Shown here: positions 54,742 to 64,000 of the stretch, one piece after another | Numbering within the stretch: position 1 is the first letter of the stretch | How the letters are laid out: each line of letters opens with the position of its first letter | Assembly (NCBI GenBank): GCA_963803805.1 | Contig: CAWDOD010000002.1 | Coordinates: 928,001-992,000 of the forward strand | DNA length: 64,000 nt | Reading direction: 5' to 3' | DNA from: an uncultured cyanobacterium | GTDB taxonomy: Bacteria; Cyanobacteriota; Cyanobacteriia; Cyanobacteriales; CAWCAG01 | The notes under the pieces: model-generated | Seen by the model: the letters and a program-made list of their open reading frames with translations, nothing else | Database searches by the model: none | What the model was told of the DNA's origin: nothing | Position numbers and translations under genes: made by a program

Positions 54742-55107
54742 TTAAAAGACTTGTAGCATTCTGGTTGCTGGTAACAACTCCTGAACAACATTTTCTGGCC
54801 AATTGCCTTCGCAACGACGGCCTGTGTTAAGAATAAAACGAAGACTGTAAGCGTGAGGATATCCTTCAATTTCCATCCACAATAATTCACTTTCTGCTTC
54901 GCAAGTGATTCTTTCTTCAGGCATCAATTCTGTGGCTATTTTGATAATAGTTTGGCATAGTTCTGCTGATAAACGCCGAAAATCTTGCAATTCCGCCTCT
55001 GTTAACTCAATGGCCCAATTTTCCCCCGCCACTAAACCCGGATAATCTTGTGCTTCCGGGTTCCAACCAATACGCCAACCAGTGCCACTTTTAACTACCC
55101 GTTTCAT
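54742..55107 (-). CDS. DUF1818-family protein
   Basis: GWRIGW..LVAGENWAIELTE.E..ELM.EE..GRRCEGNW. Confidence 0.8.
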   Translation of the reverse strand: MKRVVKSGTGWRIGWNPEAQDYPGLVAGENWAIELTEAELQDFRRLSAELCQTIIKIATELMPEERITCEAESELLWMEIEGYPHAYSLRFILNTGRRCEGNWPENVVQELLPATRMLQVF

Positions 55108-55109
55108 GA

Positions 55110-55697
55110 TTACTTCAGTAAGTCTGCATCCCCCGGTTGAGGTAAAGATGGGTTATTAGGAGTTGTAGGAGTTGGTGTTGGGTTTGAGGTGGGCGTTGGG
55201 GTTTCTGGTTCTGGTTTAGGGGCAAAAGTATTAACGAGGGCGCTAATTAACTGTTCTCTTTGCTGCCTATCTAGATTGTCAATGATGGCTAAATCCTGAG
55301 CAAAAGGATTGACAGTTAAGCTATTGTGGCCAGGATAACGAGACTCATCAATTTTATCATGAACCCCTAAATAGTCAGCCATAGTTAGCTTCCAATCTAA
55401 ACGAGAATTGGGCAAGCGATTTTTGATGTAAAGGTGATAGCTGAGGAGGCGACGAATCAGGGTATGATTTGTAGCTACTTCTCCTGTTTCTAGGCTGATA
55501 TACTGATTCTCTAAAGGAAAATCAGCCAACTGTTCATAGACAAAAGGAGCAACTTCTTGGGGAGAAATAAATTGTGCGATCGCCGGTTCTATGGTAGCTA
55601 ATTTACCAATTTTACCTCCTCCCAAAAAGAAGATCAGACCAGTTACTATTACAATATTTCTCAACAGCCGAGGCTTTTTAACCATTATTCTTACCAA
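55110..55697 (-). CDS. Hypothetical exported protein
   Basis: VYEQL..FPLENQY..RLDWKLT.ADYLG motif with a Pro/Thr-rich tail. Confidence 0.75.
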   Translation of the reverse strand: MVRIMVKKPRLLRNIVIVTGLIFFLGGGKIGKLATIEPAIAQFISPQEVAPFVYEQLADFPLENQYISLETGEVATNHTLIRRLLSYHLYIKNRLPNSRLDWKLTMADYLGVHDKIDESRYPGHNSLTVNPFAQDLAIIDNLDRQQREQLISALVNTFAPKPEPETPTPTSNPTPTPTTPNNPSLPQPGDADLLK

Positions 55698-55775
55698 AGA
55701 AAATAAAAATAACCAAAATGATCATTGTACGGCTTTGCCATTGTTATAGACATTAGTAATCATTGATCATTGATA

Positions 55776-56009
55776 TCAGTCGCCAATAATTTCTGGTTGA
55801 GTTAATTCATCAGACATTTCAATGATGGCCCTAATCACAGGCTTCATCATTGGATCATCAAGATTCTCAAAATCTTCATAACGTCGGCGTTTGGCGCGAT
55901 TAGCTACTTGAACAGTAATTTTATAACGATTAGAAGCCGCCGACATTAACTCCTCTGCCCGGTGCATAATTTGAGGAGAATTGAAAGATGTGCGTCTAAG
56001 CATTCTCAT
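55776..56009 (-). CDS. rpoZ: RNA polymerase omega subunit
   Basis: [20 protein letters not shown]...[14 protein letters not shown]. Confidence 0.92.
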   Translation of the reverse strand: MRMLRRTSFNSPQIMHRAEELMSAASNRYKITVQVANRAKRRRYEDFENLDDPMMKPVIRAIIEMSDELTQPEIIGD

Positions 56010-56078
56010 AGGTTGATCACTCTAGTTAGGTTGCAAAGCTATAGTTTAACAAAGTCCGTCCCTATTAGTTTTTTAGAT

Positions 56079-56272
56079 GTGCGATAAACCTGGGAATAGC
56101 TTCCCTTAGGCTTCTTTATTGTCGGGTGTGTTCCTTCAGGTAATACTTTATAATCTAAAACAAAATTTTCTAATTAGGAACGCACCACTCCCATTACTAA
56201 ACATTCCGTAAATAAATTTTAATTCTCAATTCTCAAAAATAGCAGCTAGACTAATGGTGCGTTAAGTGCTGA
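56079..56272. repeat. Dispersed composite REP-like repeat, copy 2
   Basis: Shares ordered blocks with 16520-16682. Confidence 0.7.
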
Positions 56273-56375
56273 ATAAAGACTTTGGTGGACTAAAAAGTCT
56301 TTAGCTACCCCTGTCTACATTAATCTTGAACTTGAGGATCATCACTAATGATCAATAACTAATGACCAACAACCA

Positions 56376-59300
56376 ATGAATAATAACTCCCCTTCCTTAA
56401 GAATTTCCGTAACTGTGGGTACATCTGAACCAGAGTTATTGCAAGGTTTGGATGTTTGGTTGCGTTTAGGTTTGATTAGTGAGTTGCAGGTAAACAAGAT
56501 TGCCAGGGAGTATCTTAGTTGTCCCCTGCCTACTTCTAGCAATATCGCAGTTTCTCAATCTCAACCTGTTGCAACCTCAGAATTTGCTTCACCAGCTAGA
56601 GAACCACAATTACCCAGAGTGCCTGGAATACCTTTGCTTTCCAGGTTAGGGCAGTCTTTTAAAGATGAGCTTAGTGTGCGTTGGCTACTCTTTTTAGGGG
56701 TATTTTTAGTGGTCATGTCCTCCGGAGTACTGGCGGCAACTCAGTGGTCAAGATTCCCTCCTGTGGGGCAATATGGGGTCTTGTTTGTCTACACTGTCAT
56801 CTTTTGGCTAGTAGGTTTTTGGGCCAAACAGCAGGAGAATTTACAACTAACTGCCCAGACTTTGACTAATATTGCCTTACTGTTGATTCCCCTTAACTTT
56901 TGGGCGATGGATAGCTTTAGTTTATGGCAAAATACCACCGGATTAATCACGGTAGGAATCGCCGTTGTTGGTTTAGTTAGTATCACTTGGTTCCACAACT
57001 CCGCAACCAAGGTGCAAAGTCTGGTTTTTCTCGGTTTAAGTCTGTTGCATTGGGGTTGGCAAATTTCAGGATTTGCCCTTGTATCTGTTTATCTAGCAAC
57101 CATCACCACAACAACCATTTTTCCCTGGCAACGTGCTTCAATCAAGCCTCCATTACTAATTTATGCTTTAGGGGTTATCCTTGCTAGAGCAGTTTTTATT
57201 GAACAGTTACCCATAGAAAGTTTAGCTTTAGCAGTGGGGATTTGCGGTTGGTTGTCGGCAACCGAAGGGTTAAGGGTTGAAACTTCCCAAAGGACTACGT
57301 GGCAAATTATAGGAGTGATTCTGCTCTTTTTTAGTTGGGCGGTGGTTGTTGAACAAACTGCCTATGGGCAAGCATTATTAGTCAGTGGTTTAACTATCTG
57401 GTTTTTCACTCGTCGCTTACAGCTTTATTGGCAACGTAGAGATTTAGGAATTATATTTATCATTGGTTTGCAGACATTATTCCTTGTCTGGGCATTAGTC
57501 CCCTCCTCCTGGCAAACCAGCATTGTTACCCCCTTGCTACAACTCACTACTTCGCAAACCAACCCTGAAGCCTTGCTTAGTATCAGTTTGTTTCCTTATG
57601 TCGTACTCTTCACTGCTGTAAACGATTGGTTGTATAGCCGCGAAAAAACTAATGCTGCTAGATTTGGAGACTTTCTCACCTTAGTTTTAGGCATCGCCTT
57701 AACCTTAATTAGTTGCTTAAACCCTAACCTGCGATCGCTAAATTTAATTCTCTCGACTTGTACCCTCGCTTTTGTTAGCCAACGTCGCCAACCTCTCAAT
57801 GCTTATCTGGTTTATTTTACCCACCTCCTCGGCTTACTGGCTTTTGCTTCCACCCTTGATAGCTTTTTCCCCAACCTTCCCGAACAAAATTGGGCCTTAA
57901 TTCTTTTATTATTAATGATAGGAGAATGGCTTTTCTCCAGCCGCAATACCTCTATTGCTCATCAAAGCGCTTGGTATTTCGGTTTCCTCCTCGCCGCTAT
58001 TAGCTATGCCCTCTTAACTTCAACCTTAACCCTAGAAGTTAATCAACGTTGGCAACTTGCTTGGTTACTCACTCCCCTCACCTTAACCGGAGTTGCTGAC
58101 ACTAACCAACCACCCCGGCAACATCAAGCAGCTTGGTTTAGCATTGCTAGTTTAATAGCGGTACAACTGCTTACCGGCTGGCAACCAGAAACGAGAATCA
58201 TCAGCTTAGGTTTTGCAGTAGGATTGATGCACCTGAATCTTCGCTATCTCAATTCTTTAGTTGCTGCCACAATTCATTTAGGCTTCATGCTTACCTTTGT
58301 AGCAACTATACTCTGGCAGTTTTCCCCCTCTCCTCCTACCTGGTTACTTAGCAGTGCGATCGCAACTATTATTCTTTGGTTAGGACAAGGCTTTTTACAA
58401 CAGAGTCAAGGAAACCTTGCAGCGATCTATGCCAAAGCTGCTGATAGTTGGGCAATTTCGCTCTGGATTATAAATTTAAGCCTCTTAACCTGTCATAGCT
58501 TAACTATCTACAATCCCATCTTCTTACCCCATTGGCAATATCCTACCGTAGCAGCTTTAATGGTAATCGCTATCATCGGGCGCTACTGGCAACAACCTAA
58601 AGATGTTCACGTTTATGGTTTCATCTGGGCAGTAGAAATATTGATTGCTGAAATCATTCTCCTCAACAATGGTTCAGCATTACACCTTGCCGTTGCCAAT
58701 ATCCTTCTCGCCCTAGTCACCCTGGTAGCAACAACGTGGTTATTAAGTCAGGAAAACCGCCTTTCTTCCTTAGAAAGCATCGCTCTATCTCCCCTCATCT
58801 ACGCCATTATTGGTACTTGCAGCCGTTTACCTTACTTCAACCCCTACACTGGCTTACTTACCCTGGGGGCAGCATTAACTGGGCTAGGAGTATCCCCTCG
58901 TCGTCAGGAGTGGAAAGATCTTGCTTACTTTTCCTTAGCAGGTATTTCCTTAGCTTGGTATGAACTAGTTATTTATCAACTCTCCCAAACACCAGCAGGA
59001 AACCCCGCCGACGGCTACACAATCTTAGGGGCAGTGGCAGTAGGAATCGCCTTTTGTTACCATTTCTTAGCTTGGTGGGGACAAAATAAACCCCGTATTT
59101 TCAACTTAGAAACCAAAGAAATTCAAACCACCGCCCATATCCATTGGTTTATTGGCACTTTCTTAATGGTGGCAGCAGCAAGCTACAGCGTAATTTCCCC
59201 CCCAAATCTTAAAGTAGCTGCTATTGGTATTAGTTTAAGTCTGGTTGGTTATAGCTTGGCACAAGGTAGAAAGACAACTGACACAGCTTCTGCTTGGGTT

Positions 59301-60074
59301 TATGCTGGTTTAATAGAACTTGGGGCAACAACATTATACACTCGCTTATTGTGGCCGCAACTTAATATCTTCGACAACTGGATTGTCTTGATCGCCTGTT
59401 GTATTGCTGCCCTACTTTACGAATTACCTTGGGGAGGTTGGGGATGGCAAAATCAACCTTGGTTACATTCTGCTACTGTCCTACCTTTACTAACTATCAC
59501 CTTAACTTCTCTCCAAGTATCCTCTGTCAGCTTACTTGGTGCTGCTGCCTTTTATGGTTGGCTTGCTAAACGTCAACAAAACCTGCGCTTTTCTTACCTC
59601 AGCCTAATTTTAATTGATTGGGCGATCGCCCGTTGGTTATTAACTCAGCAGCTTAACGATCCTCTTTGGTATGCCGCCGTTATTGGTTTATCAATTTTGT
59701 ATATTGCCCAATTCAATCCTCAAAAAAGACAACGCCATCACCTACGCCTCATTGGTATGAGTCTCATTGCCGTAGTTGCAGTCATCTTCCACCAAGAAAA
59801 TGGAATCATACCTGGAATCATTGGTTTAATAGCAACTTTCTTGGGCTTAGGTCTAAAAATCAGAGCTTTCCTTTGGGTGGGTACAATCACCTTTGTAATT
59901 ACCGTTTCCTACCAATTAATTATCTTAGCCTTAACCTACTCCTTTTTGAAATGGGTTTTCGGCATCATCGCCGGAACAACTTTAATCATTGTTGCTGCTA
60001 ACTTTGAGCGACGTAGAGAACAAGCTTCTTCCCTCTGGCAAAATTGGTCAACCAGGCTAGAAGAATGGGAATAA
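56376..60074 (+). CDS. Large polytopic membrane protein (DUF2157-like N-terminus)
   Basis: 1232 aa, almost entirely TM helices; LDVWLRLGLIS and WLLFLGVFLVV.SSG motifs. Confidence 0.8.
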   Translation: MNNNSPSLRISVTVGTSEPELLQGLDVWLRLGLISELQVNKIAREYLSCPLPTSSNIAVSQSQPVATSEFASPAREPQLPRVPGIPLLSRLGQSFKDELSVRWLLFLGVFLVVMSSGVLAATQWSRFPPVGQYGVLFVYTVIFWLVGFWAKQQENLQLTAQTLTNIALLLIPLNFWAMDSFSLWQNTTGLITVGIAVVGLVSITWFHNSATKVQSLVFLGLSLLHWGWQISGFALVSVYLATITTTTIFPWQRASIKPPLLIYALGVILARAVFIEQLPIESLALAVGICGWLSATEGLRVETSQRTTWQIIGVILLFFSWAVVVEQTAYGQALLVSGLTIWFFTRRLQLYWQRRDLGIIFIIGLQTLFLVWALVPSSWQTSIVTPLLQLTTSQTNPEALLSISLFPYVVLFTAVNDWLYSREKTNAARFGDFLTLVLGIALTLISCLNPNLRSLNLILSTCTLAFVSQRRQPLNAYLVYFTHLLGLLAFASTLDSFFPNLPEQNWALILLLLMIGEWLFSSRNTSIAHQSAWYFGFLLAAISYALLTSTLTLEVNQRWQLAWLLTPLTLTGVADTNQPPRQHQAAWFSIASLIAVQLLTGWQPETRIISLGFAVGLMHLNLRYLNSLVAATIHLGFMLTFVATILWQFSPSPPTWLLSSAIATIILWLGQGFLQQSQGNLAAIYAKAADSWAISLWIINLSLLTCHSLTIYNPIFLPHWQYPTVAALMVIAIIGRYWQQPKDVHVYGFIWAVEILIAEIILLNNGSALHLAVANILLALVTLVATTWLLSQENRLSSLESIALSPLIYAIIGTCSRLPYFNPYTGLLTLGAALTGLGVSPRRQEWKDLAYFSLAGISLAWYELVIYQLSQTPAGNPADGYTILGAVAVGIAFCYHFLAWWGQNKPRIFNLETKEIQTTAHIHWFIGTFLMVAAASYSVISPPNLKVAAIGISLSLVGYSLAQGRKTTDTASAWVYAGLIELGATTLYTRLLWPQLNIFDNWIVLIACCIAALLYELPWGGWGWQNQPWLHSATVLPLLTITLTSLQVSSVSLLGAAAFYGWLAKRQQNLRFSYLSLILIDWAIARWLLTQQLNDPLWYAAVIGLSILYIAQFNPQKRQRHHLRLIGMSLIAVVAVIFHQENGIIPGIIGLIATFLGLGLKIRAFLWVGTITFVITVSYQLIILALTYSFLKWVFGIIAGTTLIIVAANFERRREQASSLWQNWSTRLEEWE

Positions 60075-60661
60075 TTGTCAGAACAGTTAAAAATAATTTG
60101 CTATTTGGCAATGAGAAACTAAAATAATTAAAGATTGTCTTACTAATAACCCTCTGCTTTGTGAGTTAATACTCATCTACTCGATTTAGTACGAAGTAGT
60201 TTTAACATCACAAAGAAAGCAGTGCGTCTGTTATGTTAAGTCTAGGCAAAAGACTAGCTAACCTATCACTGAGAAAGTAAAGTGTAAGTTAGCCTCAATT
60301 GCTTCTAACGAGACAATCTCCCTAACTGATGTCAACAAGAGCAAAAAATTCACTCTGCAATCTTTCCAATGGGTTTGACCAATTTTGCATCTATATTTCT
60401 CTACAAACAGAGAGTTCAGCAACATAATCGGCGCAGAGACAAGCATAAATCCCAGTTTGGGGTTAAGGATAGTAAAAAGTATCAAGAAATGATGACTTTT
60501 AACTTTGATAATTCATTAATGTTCTTGAATTCTTTATCCTTCAAACTCAGGTTTTGTGCCTTCTTCGCCACTAGAAACATTCAAAGATTGCTATTTGCCC
60601 TGCAAAGTTATAGCAAAAGCCAACCAATACAACGCCCCATAAGATTTAAGGACTATTCTCA

Positions 60662-62926
60662 ATGGAATTTTCAGTCGCCACACTGCTATCTCAATTCAGT
60701 GATGACAAATTAGTAGCTCGCAAAGCACTAGAAAAAAAGCTAGATTGTGAAGATGCTGAAAGTACAGAAAAACTTGATATTGTTTTAGATGCCCTAGAAA
60801 GAATCGGTGTTCTGGTTAAGGAACGTGGCAAATATCGTCGTCTGGAAGAAGATGATGTAGTAGAAGCCAAATTACGCTGTTCGAGTAAAGGATTTTGCTT
60901 TGCGATTCAAGATCAAGAAACCTCTGAAGATGTCTACATTAGAGAAAGCCACCTCTCCAATGCTTGGAATAGCGATCGCGTCTTAGTCAAAATCATCAAA
61001 GAAGGTAGCCGCCGCCGTTCCCCGGAAGGAGAAGTTAGGCTCATTTTAGACCGTTCTAACCCTTCTTTACTAGCAACAGTGAAAAAAACCGAACGAGGTT
61101 ATCGGGCTGTACCTTTAGATGATCGCCTATTGTTTGAACTCAACCTCAAAGGAGAAGAAGAATTTTTAGAGCAAGCAGTAGAACACTTGGTTCATGTCGA
61201 AGTTAAGCGTTATCCTTTAGGTTCTAATTTACCCATCGGTCAAGTCAGCAAAATTCTCGGTAGTGATGCAGAAGAAGCAGCGGATACAGACATAGTTTGT
61301 TGCAAACACGACTTACCTCAAACCTTCCCAGAAAAAGTACTCGAAGCCGCCGAAGAGTTACCTAAACAACTACGCCAACAACATCGCAAAGATAGGGAAG
61401 ACTTAAGAAAGTTACTCACCCTCTCTATTGAAGCTGAAGCAGACACCTCTAGTAGTCGTCAAAAAAAGCCTTTAGTCGAAAATGCCTTTACCTTAGAAAA
61501 AACTGAAGCAGGGGATTGGTATTTAGGCATTCATATCACTGATTTAGCTTACTTCATTGAAGAAGGTTCTCCTTTAGATTTAGAAGCGAAAAAACGGGGT
61601 ACAGATATTTATTTGGCAGATCTGGTACTGCCTTTACTTCCGGATACAGCCATTCGCCGTTGTTCCCTATCTCCTGGTTCGGAACGTCTGGCCATTTCTA
61701 CATTTCTAACTATTGATGAAACAGGGAAAGTAGTTGAGTTTGAGTTCAAGCGTACAGTGGTAAAACCAGATTATCAACTCAGCTACCAAGAAGTGCAGTC
61801 TCTTTTAGGAGGACAAGAAGAAGTTGATCAAGAAATGAAGCCTGTAGAAGATTTGCTCAAACAACTCTTTTTCAGCTTAAGTCCTGTGGTTAAAGCCAGA
61901 AGACAGCAAAGAGGGGCTTTTGAAATTGAAGCTCAAGACAATACCTTACCTTATAAAGACGAAGGTAGAATGGGGGCAGTAGCTGTTTCCTCTTCCTTTC
62001 CCATTCGCTCCCTACTCACAGAATTAGTGGTACTGGCTAACCGAGCGATGGCAGAACATTTACAGGCTTTAGAACTCCCGGCTATCTATTGCTATCAAAC
62101 TGAACCAGACTTAGAGCAACTCGAAGACTTAATCAAACTAAGTAGTAACTTAGGCTTGGATTTGTATGTCGAAGATGAAGAAGAAATTCATCCCCAGGAT
62201 TATCAACGTTTTACTCAACAGTTTGCTACTTCCTCAGCCCGGAAAATTCTTAATTACCTGTTGCAGTCAACCTTAAAACCCTTAGCCTACAGCACCAAAC
62301 CAGCCTTCCACTTCGGTTTAACCTATGAAGGTGGTTATACCCGTTGCATTTCTCCTGGTAGACGCTATGCAGATTTGTTAATACAGCGTTTGTTACATAG
62401 CCTTTTTGATGAAGGGCGCGATCGCCGTTCTACCCGTTCCAAAGAAGGTGTTGATTTAGGCAGTAGCACCAGCCATGACCAAATTAACTGGAACATTCTC
62501 CCGGCACAAACTCAAACCGCTTGGGAAGAAACCCTCTCATCCATCATACCTTACCTCAACGAGCGCGAGAAGCTCGCTCAAGACGCAGAAAAGGACTTGG
62601 AAGGGTTGAAGAAAGCTGAACAAATGAAAGAGCGTACAGGGCAAGTTTTCCAAGGTTTGATTACCGGAGTTCAATCCTATGGCTTCTTTGTGGAAATTGA
62701 AGACTTGCTTGTAGAAGGATTAGTTCATGTCAGTTCTCTCAAGGATGATTGGTACGAATATCGTTCCCGTCATTCTTGTTTAGTCGGGCGCAAAAACCGC
62801 ACTGCCTACCGCTTAGGAGATAGAGTAGAAGTACAGGTGAAAAGCGTCGATTACTATCGCCAGCAAATTGATTTAGTCACTGTTAGCGGCGGTAGTGAAG
62901 CGAGTAACGAAGATTTGGAGGATTAG
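60662..62926 (+). CDS. RNase II/R-family protein, Zam-like (catalytic Asp motif absent)
   Basis: CSD (SKGFCF), RNB (SPGRRYADL) and S1 domains. DxxxxxDxDD is replaced by EAEADTSSSRQKKPLVENA. Confidence 0.88.
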   Translation: MEFSVATLLSQFSDDKLVARKALEKKLDCEDAESTEKLDIVLDALERIGVLVKERGKYRRLEEDDVVEAKLRCSSKGFCFAIQDQETSEDVYIRESHLSNAWNSDRVLVKIIKEGSRRRSPEGEVRLILDRSNPSLLATVKKTERGYRAVPLDDRLLFELNLKGEEEFLEQAVEHLVHVEVKRYPLGSNLPIGQVSKILGSDAEEAADTDIVCCKHDLPQTFPEKVLEAAEELPKQLRQQHRKDREDLRKLLTLSIEAEADTSSSRQKKPLVENAFTLEKTEAGDWYLGIHITDLAYFIEEGSPLDLEAKKRGTDIYLADLVLPLLPDTAIRRCSLSPGSERLAISTFLTIDETGKVVEFEFKRTVVKPDYQLSYQEVQSLLGGQEEVDQEMKPVEDLLKQLFFSLSPVVKARRQQRGAFEIEAQDNTLPYKDEGRMGAVAVSSSFPIRSLLTELVVLANRAMAEHLQALELPAIYCYQTEPDLEQLEDLIKLSSNLGLDLYVEDEEEIHPQDYQRFTQQFATSSARKILNYLLQSTLKPLAYSTKPAFHFGLTYEGGYTRCISPGRRYADLLIQRLLHSLFDEGRDRRSTRSKEGVDLGSSTSHDQINWNILPAQTQTAWEETLSSIIPYLNEREKLAQDAEKDLEGLKKAEQMKERTGQVFQGLITGVQSYGFFVEIEDLLVEGLVHVSSLKDDWYEYRSRHSCLVGRKNRTAYRLGDRVEVQVKSVDYYRQQIDLVTVSGGSEASNEDLED

Positions 62927-62927
62927 T

Positions 62928-62995
62928 TTGCTAATTGCTAGTTGCTAGTCGCTAGTTGCTAACTGAATCATTGATAACTGATAACTGATGACTGA
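62928..62995. repeat. Heptamer tandem repeats (TTGCTAG-like, then TGATAAC-like); similar tract at 63605-63639
   Basis: Seen directly on both sides of ubiX. Confidence 0.75.
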
Positions 62996-63601
62996 ATGAA
63001 GCCTTTAATTTTAGGAATTTCTGGTGCTTCTGGTTTAATTTATGCTGTACGTGCTTTGAAATTCCTTTTAGAGGCAGAGTACAGCATTGAACTAGTTGCT
63101 TCCAAAGCCAGCTATATGGTTTGGCAAGCGGAACAAAACATCCGTATGCCTCCGGAACCAGAACAGCAAGAACTCTTCTGGCGACAGCAAGCTGGAGTAG
63201 AAAGTAGTGGTAAGCTTAATTGCCATCGCTGGGCAGATGTGGGAGCAAATATTGCTAGCGGTTCTTTTCGTACTTTAGGGATGATTGTTATTCCCTGTAG
63301 TATGAGTACAGTGGCTAAAATTGCGGCTGGTTTGAGTTCTGATTTACTGGAGCGGGCTGCTGATGTACAAATAAAAGAAGGAGGGAAATTAATTGTTATG
63401 CCCAGAGAAACTCCTTTGAGCCTAATTCATTTGCGTAACTTAACTCAGTTAGCAGAAACTGGCGTAAGAATTGTTCCTGCTATTCCTGCTTGGTATCATA
63501 ATCCCCAAACTATTGAAGATTTGGTAGATTTTGTAGTGGCAAGAACTTTAGATCAACTGGATATTGATTGTGTACCTATTAATCGGTGGAAGGAAGATTA
63601 A
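62996..63601 (+). CDS. ubiX: Flavin prenyltransferase
   Basis: GISGASG, IASGSF, PCSMST, RAADV and PRETPLS motifs. Confidence 0.95.
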   Translation: MKPLILGISGASGLIYAVRALKFLLEAEYSIELVASKASYMVWQAEQNIRMPPEPEQQELFWRQQAGVESSGKLNCHRWADVGANIASGSFRTLGMIVIPCSMSTVAKIAAGLSSDLLERAADVQIKEGGKLIVMPRETPLSLIHLRNLTQLAETGVRIVPAIPAWYHNPQTIEDLVDFVVARTLDQLDIDCVPINRWKED

Positions 63602-63701
63602 TAATGGCTAGTCGCTAGTGGCTAGTGGCTAATTGCTAAAGGGTTGTTGTGTTTACTACAGGCAAAAGTAAATTATAAAACTTATTACTTGATTAAACGA
63701 G

Positions 63702-64000
63702 ATGGCTCTAATTCGTATGTTGGTGTTGCTGGTAGTCTTTGGGGGAGGGACTGTTTTTGTCTTGCAGAACTTCTCTCCAGCTTTGCCTTTAGTGGTTTTT
63801 GGCAGTCAAACTTTAACTTTGCCAGTGGGATTATGGCTATTGCTTTTTTTATTGGCTGGGGCTTTAACTGGACTTTTCTTACAAATAATTAATTATAGCC
63901 CCAGGCCATCACCAAAAGATTATCGGGAAAGAAAAGTTACTGTTTCCCCTCCCCCTCCTCCACAAAGTGGGAACTACAAAAGAGAAAGACAAAGAGAAGC
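63702..64000 (+). CDS. LapA-like membrane protein (runs off the window)
   Basis: Not in the track. ATG 63702: MALIRMLVLLVVFGGGTVFVLQNFSPALPLVVFGSQTLTLPVGLWLLLFLLAGALTG... Confidence 0.7.
   Translation, partial: MALIRMLVLLVVFGGGTVFVLQNFSPALPLVVFGSQTLTLPVGLWLLLFLLAGALTGLFLQIINYSPRPSPKDYRERKVTVSPPPPPQSGNYKRERQRE

Noticed and set aside
60258-60713. ORFs 60258-60485 and 60369-60713
   Set aside because: No recognisable motifs; they overlap each other and the start of the RNase R-like gene.
63644-63892. Track ORF of 82 aa
   Set aside because: Wrong frame; the overlapping frame from ATG 63702 gives a coherent LapA-like membrane protein.

Overview
AT-rich cyanobacterial chromosome segment, with frequent HIP1 octamers (GCGATCGC) and a split rpoC1/rpoC2. 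The RpoB and RpoC2 N-termini look more like unicellular/non-Nostocales lineages, but this is a weak inference. Most of the window is core genome: rpoB-rpoC1-rpoC2, tatD, rpsT, hisD, ppa, nrrA with a canonical NtcA promoter, tRNA-Val(GAC), yajQ, cobD, HU, pilMNOQ, bioY-lspA, cobM, lgt, rpoZ, a Zam/RNase R-like gene, ubiX and a cyanoexosortase-B/Wza/Wzc cluster. The most striking unannotated signal is a multi-copy small-RNA system. Five self-contained units (TCCGGA at about -35, a conserved (G/A)GTAGATGCA(C/A)CCTG 5' core, a variable hairpin and a U-tract) lie in two tandem arrays, at 4.87-5.07 kb (minus strand) and 50.55-50.94 kb (plus strand). The architecture resembles heterocyst NsiR1/DIF1 arrays, but no hetF is adjacent. 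Also found: a Yfr2-like sRNA, an in-frame 24-bp insertion at a HIP1 site, three apparent pseudo-enzymes, a perfect CRP box, REP/MITE-like repeats and small ORFs missing from the track. Several single-base frameshifts, including two in essential rpoC1, are most likely sequencing errors.
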